In this document: piece after piece, positions 41,642 through 51,665 of the stretch
How the letters are laid out: the number at the start of each line of letters is the position of its first letter
Position numbering within the stretch: the first letter of the stretch is position 1
Origin: Nitrosopumilus sp.
Lineage (GTDB): Archaea; Thermoproteota; Nitrososphaeria; Nitrososphaerales; Nitrosopumilaceae
Assembly (NCBI GenBank): GCA_965206745.1
Contig: OZ242220.1
Span: forward strand, 832,001-896,000
Length of the DNA: 64,000 bases
Direction: 5' to 3'
The notes under the pieces: generated by a model
What the model was told of the DNA's origin: nothing
Database searches by the model: none
What the model saw: the letters and a program-made list of their open reading frames with translations, nothing else
Program-made: the position numbers and the translations under genes

Positions 41642-43000
41642 ATGAACAAGAGTCTAAGATACATTGCACTTCTTGCAATTTTACCCTTGTTTACAGCAGG
41701 TATGACGACTGACTACTTTTCAGATGCTGACGCCGCAAAAGGCGCAGGCGTTGGAACCGCCAAATATGGTTCTAGCACTGGCATCTGTGGATTAGATCTT
41801 TGCTCTAAGTTTCCCGGTGGCAAAACCGCATGGGAATCATCAAATAGAGTCGCACCTGTAGCTCCAGTTGAAGAACCCGTGGAGGATGCCGTGATAGAAG
41901 GAGTACCTTCTGTGACTGGTGATGCCATGGATGATGTCATGACGGATAAAGTCATGGAGGATACCGTGGATGAAACCATCGAAGAACCTTCTGTGACGGA
42001 TGAAGTCATGGAAGAAGCAACTGAAGCTGACTTGGGCTCTGTACTTAGGTTATCAAGAGCAAATGTTCCAGCAACAATTCCTCTGCACCACGGTTACTAT
42101 GACGGTGGGGATGTTTATTACATCATCACCGACTCTAGTGATCCCACACATGCAGATTTAATCAGTGAAAAACAGGGATGGCAAGTCGAACTTGCTCCTC
42201 TGTTACAGAATGCTCCTGAAGACGCACTCTCAAAGGTATACTTGTTTACCAACGGCATAGAAGGCAACGGTATACACGGATATCAAGATCAAATCTTCAC
42301 TAGTACGCCTGCACAAGCAGACGTGTATAGTGCATTGACCTCACATGTCCATGTAGCATGGGGTGAGGATGCATCTCCTAGAGTGCTTGATTCAGAAGCA
42401 ATGGTTATGGAAGCGGCTGAGAATGGCGAAATTACACTAATTGATCTTGGTGTGGTTTTGAACATGCCCCAAATTATTTGGCCTGAAGGCCAGATGATGG
42501 TTAAGGACGACAAGACGATAACTGACGTCACTCCTTACGGTGGCGGCCAAGTTCTTGATATCAATACAGAAGAGATGAATGTAACTTTCATAGCTCATCG
42601 CGGATGGGGTCCAGACGGTAGAACAATCTATTACATTGTAACAGATGCTACCCCAAGTGGTCCTGCCGGAGCGATGGGTGTCGTAAGTTCACCAACATCT
42701 GCAAGCTTGATTGCAAACTCAGCAGCAGTAGACTTGTATCAGTTCAAAAATGGTATAGCAGGCACTGGTCCATTGGGATTCCAGCCTGGTATTGCAGCAG
42801 GATCTCCTGGTGATATCAACTATTCTCCAATGTGGAGAATCTTTCTGATTGACTGGGCTGACCCAGAATCTGCACAAATATTGGAGACCATTAATGATAT
42901 GAACGCATACAGGGAAGCTGGTTTGATTGACGTTGGTATTGCGCGTCCGATGGATAGTGACCACATTGTTAACTGTCCATTTATTGACCCATTCCAATAA
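41642..43000 (+). CDS. Secreted protein with acidic linker and an internally duplicated domain
   Basis: Signal peptide from MNKSLRY; YYI.TD...Y.F.NGI.G.G..G.Q...YS motif occurs twice. Confidence 0.8.
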   Translation: MNKSLRYIALLAILPLFTAGMTTDYFSDADAAKGAGVGTAKYGSSTGICGLDLCSKFPGGKTAWESSNRVAPVAPVEEPVEDAVIEGVPSVTGDAMDDVMTDKVMEDTVDETIEEPSVTDEVMEEATEADLGSVLRLSRANVPATIPLHHGYYDGGDVYYIITDSSDPTHADLISEKQGWQVELAPLLQNAPEDALSKVYLFTNGIEGNGIHGYQDQIFTSTPAQADVYSALTSHVHVAWGEDASPRVLDSEAMVMEAAENGEITLIDLGVVLNMPQIIWPEGQMMVKDDKTITDVTPYGGGQVLDINTEEMNVTFIAHRGWGPDGRTIYYIVTDATPSGPAGAMGVVSSPTSASLIANSAAVDLYQFKNGIAGTGPLGFQPGIAAGSPGDINYSPMWRIFLIDWADPESAQILETINDMNAYREAGLIDVGIARPMDSDHIVNCPFIDPFQ

Positions 43001-43131
43001 GATCAAAAACCTTTTTTTATTTTTTAACATTTATGGCTCTGGCCACATTTGTTTGCTTTTAAAGATTTTTTTTAACATTTTCTCTGACAATTTTCCGACT
43101 TGCTTATTTATGATTACGAGTATACTATATC

Positions 43132-43506
43132 ATGAGCACTACAGGAATGTATATGCTAAACTCTGAGGAGTATAGTCTGGAGAAAATTCAACAGGCCCTT
43201 GACATGTTGTACATTGATAGAAAGAATGAGTTTCGAGAACTGTCTCTGGTTCTTCTCAGTGAGAATGCATTTCACTGCATACCCAACTGGAAGGAGTTTA
43301 TCTTGAATTTCAGTTTGGATGTTGAGGAATCCTTTAAGACTTGGTCCGGACAGATGTCGCTGTCTCCAAACTCCCCGCAAAAAGCATTGACTCTCTTAAG
43401 GCAACTAAGTCATGGCAAGACTTCGATGAACCAACTTGTACATCTGCTGAATCTCTCATACAGCATATCGCGCGAATTCAAGGAGATTTACAGACGTCTG
43501 AAATGA
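43132..43506 (+). CDS. Hypothetical protein
   Basis: 124-aa ORF, ATG start. Confidence 0.7.
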   Translation: MSTTGMYMLNSEEYSLEKIQQALDMLYIDRKNEFRELSLVLLSENAFHCIPNWKEFILNFSLDVEESFKTWSGQMSLSPNSPQKALTLLRQLSHGKTSMNQLVHLLNLSYSISREFKEIYRRLK

Positions 43507-43561
43507 TCTCTCTTTCTTTTTAATCTCAATACCTAAATTCCCCTTTTTTGAATTACACGTA

Positions 43562-43813
43562 ATGGATTTCATGTTGGAGGAGGAACTAATTGATCTGATG
43601 ACTTTCTGCCTTCAGAATCCTGACTCAGCAGAGGTCCCAGGCAAGCACCGGCGAATCACAGAGATTGGTCAGGAACTGTATGCTGATGGGGGAGTTGATG
43701 CCTTGGAGAACTTTTTCTTTGTGCTGAAAAACAGAATCACTCAAGAAATAGAAAAAGATCCATCCCCGATGCGCTCGCTATGGAATGGCCTTACTGATCA
43801 ATGGCAGTACTGA
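43562..43813 (+). CDS. Hypothetical protein
   Basis: 83-aa ORF; IGQELYADGG...LWNG..DQW. Confidence 0.7.
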   Translation: MDFMLEEELIDLMTFCLQNPDSAEVPGKHRRITEIGQELYADGGVDALENFFFVLKNRITQEIEKDPSPMRSLWNGLTDQWQY

Positions 43814-43831
43814 ACCTTTCTGATGAAAAGT

Positions 43832-43975
43832 CTATCCACTGCCTATTCTGAAGATGGCTGTGCTGCATGTAGGGCAGGTGCCCTTGATTGCAGGTTTACC
43901 ATTTTTCATGGTGTATGGTTTAGGGCCGCCGATTTCTCGTTTGTCTCGACACTTTACACAATATCCTATTGTCAT
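43832..43975 (-). CDS. DUF5679-like Zn-ribbon microprotein (not in ORF track)
   Basis: MTIGYCVKCRDKREIGGPKPYTMKNGKPAIKGTCPTCSTAIFRIGSG. Confidence 0.8.
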   Translation of the reverse strand: MTIGYCVKCRDKREIGGPKPYTMKNGKPAIKGTCPTCSTAIFRIGSG

Positions 43976-44164
43976 AATTTCATTAGGCTCTAGGTCATAT
44001 TAGCGAGAACTTGTCGAATTTTTTTCACTATTAGACAAACCTCAGATCCCATTTATCGCGTTGCAGATTCGTCTTCCTCCTGTCTGATGGCAATCTGATC
44101 CTTTTTTGGGAACAAATCGCTTAAATGGATGGTGGATTTTTCGGCAAAGTTATTTTGTTAAATT

Positions 44165-44587
44165 TCACACGACGCTGATTGATATCTTTGAATGCCTTGT
44201 CAACGCAACGCTGTCTTTCAAGTTCTCCCAGAGAAAAATCTCTGCAACGTACTCCCCTGAACTGCTTGGTGTCCATGACAATGATGGGCTGAATTTTTGA
44301 TTCGGTGTTAATTGGGCGCTTATCCATTTCAATGCTACGACTGTGTCTTCATTGTTTTTAATCTGAACAATGTATGAAAAATCCTGTGATTTTGTCTGGT
44401 GATTTACAATGTCTGCTGAAATCTGTATCGGCTGATTGACATTAATCTTATCTGTGATTGCGGTTTTGGAGGCATCCTCCAGCCTTGAATCTATGATTGA
44501 CATTCTTTCTAACTCTGTCTGTGCAAATGCTGGCATGATGCTTACAGTAGCTAGTATTACCAACAGTCCCACACCCTTGCATATCAC
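44165..44587 (-). CDS. Exported Ig-like beta-sandwich protein
   Basis: Signal peptide (..PAFAQ); YIVQIK, SWTP..GEY.AEIFLW. Confidence 0.75.
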   Translation of the reverse strand: MICKGVGLLVILATVSIMPAFAQTELERMSIIDSRLEDASKTAITDKINVNQPIQISADIVNHQTKSQDFSYIVQIKNNEDTVVALKWISAQLTPNQKFSPSLSWTPSSSGEYVAEIFLWENLKDSVALTRHSKISISVV

Positions 44588-44668
44588 AATTTTTGAGGTA
44601 TTTTTTAGTTACAAAAGCCTTTCTGAATTCAAATTTCCAACTTTGACTGCAAACTGCTCAAACGCTAT

Positions 44669-46006
44669 CTAGAGGACGATTCTATAGTAATCCCATCTTT
44701 CTGGATCAAACAGTGTTACAAATTCTGCCTGCTCTTTGTCTATTCTGGCCCTGATGACGTCTCGCAGCGCAAAGCTTGTCATGAATTTGAATTTCAACGA
44801 GTGGGCCTGCATGACAAACATGTGGCGCATCTCGCTGCCTCCCTTCAATCCCCAATATCCCATCTTTAGTGCGATTGGTTCTAAAAATATCGTATTTCCC
44901 AAGCCGTAATTTTCATCCCTGATCTCTTCTCGAAGCTTGTATTTTTCTAGAGGGCCTCCTTTGGAGAACCCCACGATCTCCCCGTCTTTGTCATTTAACC
45001 TCAATGTGTTGATGATCACCTGCGGGTCCTTGACTGATTTTTCAAAATTCTCCTTTTCAAACTGGAGCGGGGTTGGCAGTTCCAAAAAGATCTCATACAA
45101 TGATTTTATAAATTCCGGATCCGCCCTTGTTGTCATCGACTCTATCGTTGGAATCAGCTTTAGATTTTCATACGAATAGTCTGCCTGTATTGCAATCTCC
45201 TGCCGTCTGATTTCCATAAACGACAGCACGGTGTCAAAGAAATTCTTCCTCATCTCTTTTGGCAGCGCTTTGAGAATCCCTTTGGACATGTCTGTCTCCT
45301 TGCTTAGCAATTCTTCAAAATATGCAACGGCATTTTTGACAATTAGTGACGATCTCCATGCCAATGCATGCGCGTTCATCTTTGCCATCTCCATTGCCTT
45401 TGCAAAATCCCCTATCGCATAACCGCTTATCCTGTCCACCACAGAGAGATACCATCCCATCTCCATGATGTGTTCCTGATACGGCAGGTTGTTCCTTGTT
45501 ATCTCTGATCTGTTGAAACATTCCTTGATTTGAACTTCCATATTGTCTTTTATCTTTCCGTTCCATGGATAGGTCGTCCTTAAAATCAAAACCTTGATTA
45601 TCTCTAAATCCATCTTTGCGTCGTTGATCAGCTGGAGGAGTTTTTTGTCCATGGAAATGAATTTCAAAACGCTCTCTTCATGAGGCTTGTCGACACTTTT
45701 TTGAGGATCAAAATCGTGAAACAGCGCTGCAACGTACAGGTACTTTACATCCTCATGCGTGAGTTTGATTCGTTTTTGGTTTATGGCCAAAAGTGAAACA
45801 TATGTGACTTCTAGTTCGTGGTTGATGTTGTGGTATCCGTAATACTCTGTCCCCAGCCCCTGGCTCTCAAAGAGGTCAATGGTATAATCCAACATCTCGA
45901 CATAGCAGTCATCTGCTAATCCGTTCTCTGCCATCAGATTGAGAATCTCACTTCTCATCGAATGGACATTTGCAAATTGCTGCAATACAGACAGATCCAA
46001 ATTCAT
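44669..46006 (-). CDS. HD-domain phosphohydrolase fused to a GNAT-like C-terminal domain
   Basis: YHNINH, AALFHD, HEE, D; C-terminal IVGF...IFLEPIAL..GYWG..GG. Confidence 0.75.
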   Translation of the reverse strand: MNLDLSVLQQFANVHSMRSEILNLMAENGLADDCYVEMLDYTIDLFESQGLGTEYYGYHNINHELEVTYVSLLAINQKRIKLTHEDVKYLYVAALFHDFDPQKSVDKPHEESVLKFISMDKKLLQLINDAKMDLEIIKVLILRTTYPWNGKIKDNMEVQIKECFNRSEITRNNLPYQEHIMEMGWYLSVVDRISGYAIGDFAKAMEMAKMNAHALAWRSSLIVKNAVAYFEELLSKETDMSKGILKALPKEMRKNFFDTVLSFMEIRRQEIAIQADYSYENLKLIPTIESMTTRADPEFIKSLYEIFLELPTPLQFEKENFEKSVKDPQVIINTLRLNDKDGEIVGFSKGGPLEKYKLREEIRDENYGLGNTIFLEPIALKMGYWGLKGGSEMRHMFVMQAHSLKFKFMTSFALRDVIRARIDKEQAEFVTLFDPERWDYYRIVL

Positions 46007-46164
46007 GTTTTTAAAGATGATCTCTCTGATCCTAGTCTGTGATTTTTTTGCTGACTGTGGGCAGACTGTTCACGTGCAATCTCAATCATGGCCTGTTTAA
46101 CTATGCATTCCAAGAGGACTCTCTGTTTTTCTGGCCGTGGCACCATTTTGCCACTTTCTGCCAA
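46003..46164 (-). CDS. Small hypothetical protein overlapping the HD-gene start
   Basis: ATGA overlap with the downstream gene; start uncertain. Confidence 0.4.
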   Translation of the reverse strand: MAESGKMVPRPEKQRVLLECIVKQAMIEIAREQSAHSQQKNHRLGSERSSLKT

Positions 46165-46331
46165 ATTTGGCCATCCCTCCAAAGATATGTAAATGTACCA
46201 TTTTACAATCTCATGGAATTGTCGATTGACTCTGCATCTTGATCTGTAAATTGTCTGATTTATACAAAAACATTGAATGTCGTCTGTTTTTATCAAAACA
46301 TTCAATAGAATTATGACTCTCTGATCATTCA

Positions 46332-46736
46332 ATGTCATTTGATACAGAACTGCTTGATAGGCTAATGGAGTTTAATGAGAAAAATTCCCCTGCATTCACA
46401 CTTTATGTCAATGACGTGGCCTACCGGATTGCAAGCACATCTATAACCAATTCCCCAATACCTGTAAACGAACCCACGACCCGTGGAGGCGTGTACTTTT
46501 CAGATAAATTTGCATACAAAATTAAATGTGTCGTCGAGGATCTCTCGATAGTTCCTTTGTTGACAAAGAAGATGCTTGGACCAAACACTGAATTTGGCGA
46601 ATTAAGAATCACCGTCTCCATCGAATCTGATGGAAGGGTGATTCCAGTTGAAATCTTTACCAATCTTACAAACAGCGTTCAGACTCCGGACTCTATTGAG
46701 CTTGGCATGATTATTGTAAAACTAGGGTCTGCCTAG
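46332..46736 (+). CDS. Hypothetical protein
   Basis: 134-aa beta-rich ORF; PTTRGGVYFSD. Confidence 0.7.
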   Translation: MSFDTELLDRLMEFNEKNSPAFTLYVNDVAYRIASTSITNSPIPVNEPTTRGGVYFSDKFAYKIKCVVEDLSIVPLLTKKMLGPNTEFGELRITVSIESDGRVIPVEIFTNLTNSVQTPDSIELGMIIVKLGSA

Positions 46737-47284
46737 TCTTCCTTAAAGTATCTGTCGTATTTTTCCCTGCGTTCCTTGTCTGATAACACCTCGTATGCTT
46801 TGTTGAGTTCTGTCATCTCCTCTTGGGAGTCCTCCCTGGTTTTGTCCGGATGTGTCTTCTTTGCAAGCGCCCTGAACTTTCTTTTGATCTCCTCAGAGGT
46901 TGCATCCTTCTCCACCCCGATGATCTCATAGTAGTTTGGAAGTCTTTGATTGTTGAGTGCATCTAGGAACTCCTTGTCATCTTGGGTGTTGCTTCTCTGG
47001 CCTAGCTCCTCATAGTCATCCCCCCAGTCTGAGTGGTATTTTTCAAACGTCTTGTCCTTTTTTGACTCTAGCTCCTCCCTGTCATAGGATGTCTTTCTTC
47101 GAAGTATGACGTCCCTTGAAAGAAACAAGGCCAGTGCCAGTACTGCAATTGCAAAGCCTGAGAACAGCACTATCTTCTCCTCATCTGTCACCTTCAACTC
47201 CGTCTCAAAACCCTCCTCCTGTGCATGTGCCACTTGAATGCCCAAGATGATGACTGTGATTATGAAAATACCTTGTGTGTTCAT
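46733..47284 (-). CDS. Membrane-anchored J-domain protein
   Basis: Signal plus TM; NYYEIIGV, HPDK, AYEVLSD...R..YD. Confidence 0.9.
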   Translation of the reverse strand: MNTQGIFIITVIILGIQVAHAQEEGFETELKVTDEEKIVLFSGFAIAVLALALFLSRDVILRRKTSYDREELESKKDKTFEKYHSDWGDDYEELGQRSNTQDDKEFLDALNNQRLPNYYEIIGVEKDATSEEIKRKFRALAKKTHPDKTREDSQEEMTELNKAYEVLSDKERREKYDRYFKED

Positions 47285-47295
47285 CCCTTATTCCT

Positions 47296-47739
47296 CTATG
47301 ATAGCCTAAAGTCTTCCTTTGCGGTATTTAGAACTAGATGGGTTATCGTATTTTCCACGTTTGGAATGGTTGCCAGATCCTTTACAAACTTGCTCAACTC
47401 CTTTCTCTCTTTGAATTTTGCGATAACTATGGTGTCTGTCGAACCCGTAATGTCATACACCCCGCAGACATTTTCAAATTTTGCTATCTCTTCCTCGATA
47501 TCCATCACTTTGTCGTTCTTGGCCAGAATTTCAATAATGGCAGTCAGCGAGTATCCTATTTTTTCATGGTCGACAATTGCAGTATACCCGTGAATTATCT
47601 TGGCCTTTTCTAGTTTCTTGATTCTAGATAGTACCGTGACTGTTGACATTCCAAGTTTGAGTGCAAGGTGCCTTGCCGACTGCCTTGCATCCACTAGCAG
47701 GTTTTTGAGGATCCTCTCGTCTGTCTCATCTAGGCTCAT
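47296..47739 (-). CDS. Lrp/AsnC transcriptional regulator
   Basis: LDETDERIL..L..DAR HTH; YDITGSTD. Confidence 0.92.
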   Translation of the reverse strand: MSLDETDERILKNLLVDARQSARHLALKLGMSTVTVLSRIKKLEKAKIIHGYTAIVDHEKIGYSLTAIIEILAKNDKVMDIEEEIAKFENVCGVYDITGSTDTIVIAKFKERKELSKFVKDLATIPNVENTITHLVLNTAKEDFRLS

Positions 47740-47858
47740 ATCATACCGTGGTGAAAAATTTATTTAAATTTTGATGAAATGCGTGTAAATCTATTTGATC
47801 TGACTCGTTTTTGGTTCTGATTCCTCTGATTTAATACAAATGATGTCCTTGCTGATTC

Positions 47859-48086
47859 ATGGATCAGATCAAGGAACTCGTCAGGAAGGGCCAAGTTTTG
47901 CTCGATGAGGGGAGATACGAGGATGCTCTGGACTTTTTTGAGCAGGCACTGCTCTTGAACCAAAACGATCCTGACCTCTGGAATCACAAGGGGGTTGCCC
48001 TTCGGAGTCTGGGACGATACGAGGAATCCATGGCATGCTTTAACAAGTCCCTTGAGATTGAGCCCCGCGACAAGTCTGCATCCTGA
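47859..48086 (+). CDS. Small TPR protein
   Basis: Two TPRs (LWNHKGVAL..LGRYEES). Confidence 0.85.
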   Translation: MDQIKELVRKGQVLLDEGRYEDALDFFEQALLLNQNDPDLWNHKGVALRSLGRYEESMACFNKSLEIEPRDKSAS

Positions 48087-48178
48087 ATCCGATTCAATCG
48101 TATTGCAAGAGACATCCCCAAAGTTTGGTTATTGTACTGTAATTACTGATTTAATACAGGACTGTTCATATCTGATCA

Positions 48179-48751
48179 ATGCCTGTTCTGTCTGCACAAC
48201 TGACTGGCAGGACAAAAAATCAGTTTATTATTGACAAAATATCACCAAAGGCAGTGAATGAAAAGACTGAGAAGATACTGGCACGGGCACTAGAGTGCGT
48301 TGAGGATGGGAATCCCCATGATGCCTTGAAATTATATGATGTGGCACTAAAAGAGGAACCTGACAACCCTGGCATCCTAGTTGACAGGGGCCTGACACTG
48401 CAAAATATGGGAAGATTCAAGCTTGCCATCTGCTCGTATGATGAAGCACTTGGTATCTCTCCTGAAAATATTGATGCGCTGGTAAACAAGGGGGTCGCTT
48501 TACATTGCAATGAGGGATACCTTGATGCAATAGCGTGCTATGATGCTGCCTTGAAGATTGACCGAAGATGTGCAATGGCTCTGGCATACAAGGGACTCTC
48601 ATTAGGCGAGCTTGGTGATCTTCAAGACGCAATCAGACACTTCAAAGAGGCACTATCTGTTGACCGGCATTATGAGCTGGCAAGTATCTCAAAGGATGCT
48701 GCCTTGCAACTGTTAAAATCAGCCAAAGAGAGTGAATCTAAAACACGGTGA
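48179..48751 (+). CDS. TPR protein
   Basis: About five TPRs; true start probably further downstream. Confidence 0.85.
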   Translation: MPVLSAQLTGRTKNQFIIDKISPKAVNEKTEKILARALECVEDGNPHDALKLYDVALKEEPDNPGILVDRGLTLQNMGRFKLAICSYDEALGISPENIDALVNKGVALHCNEGYLDAIACYDAALKIDRRCAMALAYKGLSLGELGDLQDAIRHFKEALSVDRHYELASISKDAALQLLKSAKESESKTR

Positions 48752-48911
48752 CATCGCCTGGTGCCGGCTCCCGCTTGTCCTGCTTTGTATTCTCCTCAAA
48801 AAAGTCACTATGGGCAGAATTTTGATGCTCCCGCAGTTCCTCTATGTTCTGAAAGCCCTCGTGGCACAGGTAGCACTTGGGCTTGTGCTCGTCGACTAGG
48901 GGAAGTACCAT
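48738..48911 (-). CDS. 57-aa C2H2 zinc-finger protein (not in ORF track)
   Basis: MVLPLVDEHKPKCYLCHEGFQNIEELREHQNSAH...: canonical C-x2-C-x3-F-x5-L-x2-H-x4-H. Confidence 0.8.
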   Translation of the reverse strand: MVLPLVDEHKPKCYLCHEGFQNIEELREHQNSAHSDFFEENTKQDKREPAPGDVTVF

Positions 48912-48985
48912 GGTATCTCTGGTACGACTGGCTACTTATTTCTTGAGACTATAAGGAATATATCATGATGAGATGGCCATCCATC

Positions 48986-50083
48986 ATGCTAGAAGAATTG
49001 GTTGGAGATTCACAAGCTCTGGATCGCGCTCTTGCCGGAGAGGAACTCTCCTACAAGGACGGACTTGAGCTGATGAACTATGACAATCTGCATCTGCTTG
49101 GGGCAGTAGCTGATGACTCTAGAAAGAGACTAGTCAGTGACACTGTGACCTTTGCTGCATCTTACTACATGAACTATACCAATGTCTGCGCCGCCAGCTG
49201 TCAGATGTGCGCGTTTTATCGCAAGGACGGGGCAGATGACGCATACACGCTGACCCCCCAGGAGATTGAACAGAGGGTGGGCATTGCAAAACAGATGGGC
49301 GCAACTGAGGTTCACATAGTTGGTGGCTTTCATCCCAAACTCCCCCTTGAGTACTATGAGGACATGATGATGGCTATAAAGAAGAGCCATCCCCAGCTTA
49401 ACATCAAGGCACTGACTGCAGCTGAGATTTACTACCTATCCAAACTTACAAAAAATTCCACAAAAGAGATACTCTCCCGCCTCAAGGATGCGGGTCTTGA
49501 CTCGATGCCTGGCGGGGGTGCGGAGCTGTTCCATCCTGGGATTAGGGGAAAGATTGTCCGAGGAAAATGCACGGGACAGCAGTGGCTTGATGTCATCGAG
49601 GAGGCACACGGCATGGATATCAAAAGCAATGTCACCATGCTTTATGGTCACATTGAAAAGCCAGAGCACATAGTTGACCACCTAATCAAGGTTCGTGACT
49701 TGCAAAAAAAGACCGGCGGATTTCTGACACTAATCCCGCTAAAATTCAGCCTTGATAACACAGAGCTAGAACAAGAGCACCTGGTAAACAATGAGTGCTC
49801 ATCAGTATACGACTTGAGAATCATCGCACTATCCAGACTGATGCTTGGAGGCGTACTGGATAACATTTCAGTTTACTGGGTCGCATATGGCAAGAAACTT
49901 GCACAGGTAGCACTCTCCCATGGCGGGAGTGATTTAGTCGGCACTGCCTTCTCTGAGGAGATTTACAAAGCTGCAGGAAAGGCGACCTCCTCATCAGTTG
50001 AGGAGCTTGCAACAATGGTCAAGGAGATTGGCAGGCTTCCTGCACAGAGAAGCACACACTTTGATATTCTAAAGAGGTTCTAG
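48986..50083 (+). CDS. mqnE: Radical SAM enzyme, CofH/Mqn family; most like aminofutalosine synthase MqnE
   Basis: NYTNVCAASCQMCAF, EVHIVGGFHP, IKALTAAEI, MPGGGAE, TMLYGHIE. Confidence 0.8.
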   Translation: MLEELVGDSQALDRALAGEELSYKDGLELMNYDNLHLLGAVADDSRKRLVSDTVTFAASYYMNYTNVCAASCQMCAFYRKDGADDAYTLTPQEIEQRVGIAKQMGATEVHIVGGFHPKLPLEYYEDMMMAIKKSHPQLNIKALTAAEIYYLSKLTKNSTKEILSRLKDAGLDSMPGGGAELFHPGIRGKIVRGKCTGQQWLDVIEEAHGMDIKSNVTMLYGHIEKPEHIVDHLIKVRDLQKKTGGFLTLIPLKFSLDNTELEQEHLVNNECSSVYDLRIIALSRLMLGGVLDNISVYWVAYGKKLAQVALSHGGSDLVGTAFSEEIYKAAGKATSSSVEELATMVKEIGRLPAQRSTHFDILKRF

Positions 50084-50385
50084 TCCATCTGTCTTTTGAT
50101 CGAATCTACCTTCTCCTCCATTCCGTGATGCTTGTCCCTTCTTGAGTCAATCTTGACTATCACCTCGACTCGGGCAACCCCGAGATTGTGAACTGTCTCT
50201 GTCATCTGCTTGATGGCAGAGTTTATCACATCGATACTCTCTGATTCAAGAATCGTCCCCATTGCATTGATCTCATACCTGAGATTCTCCATTCTCTGAA
50301 CTGACTCTATTGCCTTTGCGATGTAAAAACTGGCACTGGTGGTTCTGGTGGCCATCGGGTATATGCTGATCTCTGCGTGAATCAA
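50080..50385 (-). CDS. MTH1187/YkoF-family thiamine-binding protein
   Basis: AEISIYP, AMGTILE, KIDSRRDK. Confidence 0.85.
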   Translation of the reverse strand: MIHAEISIYPMATRTTSASFYIAKAIESVQRMENLRYEINAMGTILESESIDVINSAIKQMTETVHNLGVARVEVIVKIDSRRDKHHGMEEKVDSIKRQMD

Positions 50386-50826
50386 TATGCCTCCCTCCAA
50401 ACCCCTTGACTAATAATTTCTTCTAGACCAGAGCCAGCCTGCAAAAGAAATTATGACTAGATCATAATTATATATTCTCTAAAATTAACAACGTCCTTAT
50501 GATCAGTATTCACATACAAGATCGTTTTCAATTCTTACTGCAATGCAATTTTTTGACGAATCAGATTATGATCTCACATTTCTTGATTCGCGTATTGACT
50601 TTATATCCGTACAAACATATGTTTATTTATCATTATGGATATTGGTTACGTATTACTAAAATGGGAAAAAAATGAAACAGAGTTTGAAATGAACATGATT
50701 GACGATCAAAAACAGAGTAGGTTTGTGAGAATTCTCCACCCATTAGCTAAATTTTTAGAAATCTCTAATACATTAAAATTCATAATAAAGGGTAGGACTA
50801 TGTTAATTATAGTGAGAGGAAAATAA

Positions 50827-51618
50827 TTGCCAGCACGGCGTTGCAGATTCTTCATAGATGACGCACTGGACAAATTGAAAAAAATCAGTTCCAACTCAGT
50901 AGATCACTGTATAACCGATCCACCTTACAATATATCTGGATATGACGGGAAAAAACCAATAGGATGGTTAAAAACCAATTCATTATGGACCAAAGATAAA
51001 AAATTTAACAAGATTGATGAAAAATGGGATTCTTTTTCTGATGAAGAATACATAGAATTTACCAAGAAATGGCTAGATGAGGTTTTCAGGGTCGTAAAAC
51101 CCAATGGCAATGTGATAATTTTTGGCACTTTTCACAACATCTACACACTTGGATATTTGATGAGAAAATATAAAAAGAAAATTATTGGTTCAATTACATG
51201 GTACAAACGTAATGCATTTCCAAACATAACCCGGCGTATGTTATGTGAAAGTACGGAATATTTGATTTGGGGGGTAAATAACAGTGTCAAAGATGCTAAA
51301 TGTTGGACTTTTAATTATGACGTGCTAAAGGAAATAAACAACGGAAAACAAATGCGTAATGTCTGGGACATCCCCATGACCAGTAAATCAGAAAAACAGT
51401 ATGGAAAGCACCCAAGTCAAAAACCGATTGAAGTATGTAAAAGGCTTATCATTGGAATGACAAATGAGAATGATGTTGTTCTTGATCCCTTTGCAGGAAG
51501 CGGAACAATTCCATTGGTTGCCAAAATGAATAATAGAAAATACATTGCCATTGAAAAGGATAAAAAATATGCAAAAATTGCTCAAAAGAGACTAAAAAAT
51601 ATAATGACCTCCGTCTAA
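50827..51618 (+). CDS. Beta-class N4-C/N6-A DNA methyltransferase (M1)
   Basis: ITDPPY precedes HPSQKP and LDPFAGSGT. Confidence 0.93.
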   Translation: MPARRCRFFIDDALDKLKKISSNSVDHCITDPPYNISGYDGKKPIGWLKTNSLWTKDKKFNKIDEKWDSFSDEEYIEFTKKWLDEVFRVVKPNGNVIIFGTFHNIYTLGYLMRKYKKKIIGSITWYKRNAFPNITRRMLCESTEYLIWGVNNSVKDAKCWTFNYDVLKEINNGKQMRNVWDIPMTSKSEKQYGKHPSQKPIEVCKRLIIGMTNENDVVLDPFAGSGTIPLVAKMNNRKYIAIEKDKKYAKIAQKRLKNIMTSV

Positions 51619-51665
51619 TTTAATTCAGCATTAAAACTAAAAACAAATCGAATCCAAAAAAATTA

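Noticed and set aside
50635-50826. Small ORF before M1 as an R-M controller (C) protein
   Set aside because: No helix-turn-helix pattern; may be a fragment or spurious.
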